Shown here piece by piece: positions 41,890-44,825 of a stretch of DNA of 44,825 nucleotides. The stretch spans positions 1-44,825 of the IMG/VR virus record IMGVR_UViG_3300045450_000021, one strand, 5' to 3'. The stretch is from a virus. The notes under the pieces are model-generated. The model did no database searches. It worked only from the letters and a program-made list of their open reading frames with translations, and was not told the origin of the DNA. A program made the position numbers and the translations under genes. How positions within the stretch are numbered: position 1 is the first letter of the stretch; every line of letters starts with the position of its first letter.

Positions 41890-42426
41890 GTGAACTGCAA
41901 AATTCCCGCGAAAATCAGCGCGGGGCTGACGTTTGACACAGCCCTGCGCTTCGACAACTACCCGGCGCCTGATTGGGCGCTGTCTTTACTGCTGCGCGGG
42001 CCTTCCACCATCGACCTGGTTTCCTCGCAAGAGGGCAACCTGCATCGCCTGCATGTGACCGCTGGAGCCACTTCGACCTGGAAGCCCGGCCAGTACATCT
42101 ACAGCCTTCGTGCCAAGCGCGGCGAAGAGGTTGTTGAGCTGTCCGCAGGCTCGCTGGAAGTGCTGCCTGACCTCTACAGCCTGCCGGTAGGCGCCGACGT
42201 GCGCACGCCCGCCCAGATCGCCCTGGAGGCCATCGAAGCGGTCATCTCCAAGCGCGCCACCATCGACCAGGAACGCTATCGCATCGGCAATCGCGAGCTG
42301 TACCGGACCCCCATCGCGGAGCTGATCAAGCTGCGCGACATGTACCGGTCTGAAGTGCAGCGCGAGAAGCAGGCGGCGTGCGGTGCGAACCCTTGGGGTC
42401 GTCGCATCCTGACGAGCTTCCGCTGA
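41890..42426 (+). CDS. Head-tail joining protein (lambda gpW-like C-terminal half) with an extra N-terminal domain
   Basis: The C-terminal PAQIALEAIEAVISKRATIDQERYRIGNRELYRTPIAELIKLRDMY is gpW-like. GTG start. Confidence 0.55.
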   Translation: MNCKIPAKISAGLTFDTALRFDNYPAPDWALSLLLRGPSTIDLVSSQEGNLHRLHVTAGATSTWKPGQYIYSLRAKRGEEVVELSAGSLEVLPDLYSLPVGADVRTPAQIALEAIEAVISKRATIDQERYRIGNRELYRTPIAELIKLRDMYRSEVQREKQAACGANPWGRRILTSFR

Positions 42427-43991
42427 TGAACTCATACAAGCTGGCCCTCGCAGCCCAGGGGAATGCACGGCAAGGCGTAGACGGCACTCCCAGCGGCGGG
42501 CCGAAGCCATTCCGCAATCGTACCGGCGCCCGCATGTTCGCTGCCGCCCAGTCCGACCGCTTCGGCAAGGAATGGGGCACCGATCCTCTGGCCGCTGATG
42601 ACGTGATCGAGCGCAACCAGCGCGTTCTGGTGGCCCGTTCGCGCGAGCAGGCCGCAAACAACGACTATGGCAAGTCATTTCTTCGCATGGCGCGCCAGAA
42701 CATCGTGGGTCCGAAGGGCATCACGCTGCGTGCCGAGTCCACCGATGATCGCGGCAAGCTGGACACCCTGGCGAATGAGGCCATCGAATGGGCCTGGTTC
42801 AACTGGGGCCATCGCAACAGCTGCGATGTAACCGGCAAGCGTTCCTGGCGTGAAATCCAGAAATCATGCGTGAACAGCGCCGTCAAGGACGGTGAATTCA
42901 TGCTGCGTATGATCTACGGCACTGACGCCGGGGAATGGGGCTTCGCCATCCAGGTTCTGGACCCGCAGCGCTGCCCAATTCTGCTGAAGGAAGACCGCCT
43001 GCCAAGTGGTGGCTTCATTCGCCAAGGCATCGAGTTCAACCGCTACGGTCGCCCGCTGGCGTACTACTTCAGCACCATTGACGAAACCGAAGCGAACTAC
43101 CGCTATGCCGGACAGAGTTACATCCGGGTTCCGGCGGATGAGATTGTCCATGGCTTCCTGGAGGACATGGTAGGCCAGAAACGCGGCCTGCCTTGGATGG
43201 CCACCGCCCTGTTCCGCATGCGCCAGCTGGCCGCCATGGAGGAAGCCAGCATCATCAACGCCCGCACCAGCGCCAACAAGCGCGGGTTCATCACCTGGGC
43301 AGAGGGCAAGGGCCCCGAATTCGACGCCGACGCCGACGACCTAGAAATCCAGAGCGATCCAGGCGAGTGGCAAGTGCTGCCTGACGGCGCGCAGGTCGAA
43401 GAGACCAGCCCGCAATACCCTTCCGGCGAGTTCTCGCAGTTCATGAAGCAGTGCCTGCGCGGCATGTCGGCGGGTTTCGGCGTGCTCTACAACAACCTGG
43501 CCAGCGACCTGGAAGGTGTCAACTTCTCCAGCATCCGCCAGGGCACCCTGGATGAGCGCGAGTATTGGAAGGACTTGCAAGAGTGGCTGATTGAGAGCCT
43601 GCACCAGCCGGTCTTCGAAAAATGGCTTCCGCGCGCCCTGCTTGGCCAGAAAATCATGGTCCGTGGCCGCCCGCTGAAGCCTGAGCGCCTGAGTCGCTAC
43701 AGCGTGGTTTCGTGGCAGGGTCGTCGCTGGGAGTGGATCGACCCGCGCGCTGACGTTGACGCCGCTGTCGAGGCTAAAAACAACATGCTGAAGTCTCCGG
43801 GTGCTATCATCCGCGAGCAAGGCCAGGACCCGCTGGAGGTCTGGAAGCAGTCGGCGCGGGACATCCGCACGATGATTGACCAGCTGGTCGCTGAAGGCGT
43901 TTCGCCGAAGACCGCTGAAGAGCTTGTACTGCTGTCCATGGGGCGGCAGCCACCTAAACCCGCAACCGGACAGCAAAATGCACAAGCATAG
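42426..43991 (+). CDS. Portal protein (lambda B family)
   Basis: The ATG at 42426 overlaps the upstream stop (TGATG). NDYGKSFLRMARQNIVGPKGITL... resembles portal family 2. Confidence 0.85.
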   Translation: MNSYKLALAAQGNARQGVDGTPSGGPKPFRNRTGARMFAAAQSDRFGKEWGTDPLAADDVIERNQRVLVARSREQAANNDYGKSFLRMARQNIVGPKGITLRAESTDDRGKLDTLANEAIEWAWFNWGHRNSCDVTGKRSWREIQKSCVNSAVKDGEFMLRMIYGTDAGEWGFAIQVLDPQRCPILLKEDRLPSGGFIRQGIEFNRYGRPLAYYFSTIDETEANYRYAGQSYIRVPADEIVHGFLEDMVGQKRGLPWMATALFRMRQLAAMEEASIINARTSANKRGFITWAEGKGPEFDADADDLEIQSDPGEWQVLPDGAQVEETSPQYPSGEFSQFMKQCLRGMSAGFGVLYNNLASDLEGVNFSSIRQGTLDEREYWKDLQEWLIESLHQPVFEKWLPRALLGQKIMVRGRPLKPERLSRYSVVSWQGRRWEWIDPRADVDAAVEAKNNMLKSPGAIIREQGQDPLEVWKQSARDIRTMIDQLVAEGVSPKTAEELVLLSMGRQPPKPATGQQNAQA

Positions 43992-44825
43992 CCTGCTGGC
44001 GCTGATCATCGGCGCCACACTTCTGCGCGACGCCAGCGGCACTGCCGCTCTGCCTGACTTCAACGCGAAGGGTGACCTTCAGCGCAAGATGGAAGTCAGC
44101 AACGTCGATGCGGAAAAACGCACTGTCGAGCTGGCGTTTTCCTCGGAAATCGAGGTTCAGCGCTGGTTCGGTATGGAAATCCTGGACCACGATACCGGCA
44201 GCGTTCGGCTGGATCGACTTCGCGACGGCGGCGCCCTGCTGGTCGATCACGACTGGTCGGACCAAGTCGGTATCGTGGAATCCGTGACCATTGGCGCTGA
44301 TCGGCGGGGCCGAGCAGTGGTGCGCTTCGGAAAAGGCGCGCGGGCCAGTGAGATTTTCCAGGATGTGGTGGACGGTATTCGCCGGCATGTTTCGGTTGGC
44401 TATCGAGTCCTGAACGCGAAGCTCCAGGAAACGCGCGATGACGGGGACGTTTTCCGCATCACCGACTGGGAGCCTTTCGAAATCTCATTTGTGAGTGTTC
44501 CAGCTGACCATTCGGTCGGAGTTGGGCGCAGTGCGGAAAAACCCCAAGTGGATAACACCATGGGACGGCCCGACACTGTTCGCACCGTGGGCACTCCCCC
44601 CGCAAATCAAAATACGACTGAGGTCAAGAAGAGTATGGAAAAAATCCTGCGGGATGCTTCCGGTAACCTGGTCCGCGCTCTGGTGGACGATTCCGGCAAC
44701 ATCACTCAAGTTCTGGAAGTGCTGGAGCGCGCTGGCGACGATGTTCGCGCAGCTGAGCGCCGCGCTACCGAAGCCGCCCAGGCCCGTGTTGCCGCCATCT
44801 CTCAGATGGGCGAGCAGTACAACTG
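43978..44825 (+). CDS. Prohead protease (HK97/S78 family) fused in frame to the capsid protein. The ORF runs off the window end and continues at nt 3.
   Basis: No stop codon from 43978 to the window end. LLVDHDWSDQVGIVESV and EISFVSVPADHSVG resemble the S78 catalytic His/Ser regions. Start is either 43978 or the ATG at 44089. Confidence 0.8.
   Translation, partial: MHKHSLLALIIGATLLRDASGTAALPDFNAKGDLQRKMEVSNVDAEKRTVELAFSSEIEVQRWFGMEILDHDTGSVRLDRLRDGGALLVDHDWSDQVGIVESVTIGADRRGRAVVRFGKGARASEIFQDVVDGIRRHVSVGYRVLNAKLQETRDDGDVFRITDWEPFEISFVSVPADHSVGVGRSAEKPQVDNTMGRPDTVRTVGTPPANQNTTEVKKSMEKILRDASGNLVRALVDDSGNITQVLEVLERAGDDVRAAERRATEAAQARVAAISQMGEQYN
44538..44577 (+). promoter_or_regulatory. Late box copy 5: AAAACCCCAAGTGG-N20-GACACT, predicted internal promoter in the protease-capsid linker
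   Basis: Exact 14-mer with the fixed spacer and hexamer class. An in-frame ATG at 44636 with GAGG/AAGAAGAG upstream follows. Confidence 0.5.
44699..44825. repeat. Terminal duplication, copy 2 (identical to 1-127)
   Basis: Exact match to the window start. Confidence 0.95.

Noticed and set aside
42378-42425. The upstream start (42378) for the portal gene.
   Set aside because: It would overlap the gpW-like gene by 49 nt. The ATG at 42426 overlaps the upstream stop (TGATG), which is the usual coupling.

Overview
The window is a complete, circularly closed phage genome. Nt 1-127 are identical to 44699-44825, so the unique length is 44,698 bp. It is GC-rich, apparently temperate, and mosaic.

**Modules**
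- Lambda-type packaging and head genes: a cos-like site, Nu1-like TerS, GpA-like TerL, a gpW-like protein, a lambda-B-like portal, and an S78 prohead protease fused in frame to an HK97-fold capsid protein across the circular junction.
- P2-type contractile tail and baseplate genes: V, W, J, I, fibres, FI, FII, E/E+E', T, U, X, D.
- A full-length tRNA-Arg(TCT) next to a P4-type integrase.
- A leftward recombination operon: PD-(D/E)XK exonuclease, AAA_24/Sak4-like ATPase, HTH protein, TraR-like zinc finger, SSB.
- A rightward replication/modification region: SF2 helicase, ParB-like protein, DNA methyltransferase, VRR-NUC nuclease, Toprim/VirE primase.
- Many small unknown ORFs, a Mor/C-family late activator, and a lysis cassette with nested Rz/Rz1.

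**Main unannotated structure**
1. An exact 14-mer, AAAACCCCAAGTGG, occurs five times, always on the + strand. Each copy is followed after exactly 20 nt by an NANNCT hexamer. I read these as five activator-dependent late promoters. Three lie inside coding sequence, including one in the protease-capsid linker.
2. A 376-bp non-coding gap (34862-35237) upstream of the activator gene carries about 13 T(G/T)GnCCC / GGGACnA sites flanking an AT-rich core.
3. A family of paralogous early promoters shares a GAA-N3-4-TTC / ATTCA(A/T)TTGG element.
4. Two unexplained genes, a small beta-rich protein and an SGNH hydrolase, are wedged between TerS and TerL.
5. No CI/LexA-type repressor is recognisable.

All functional calls come from reading the translated ORFs. 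No database search was run.
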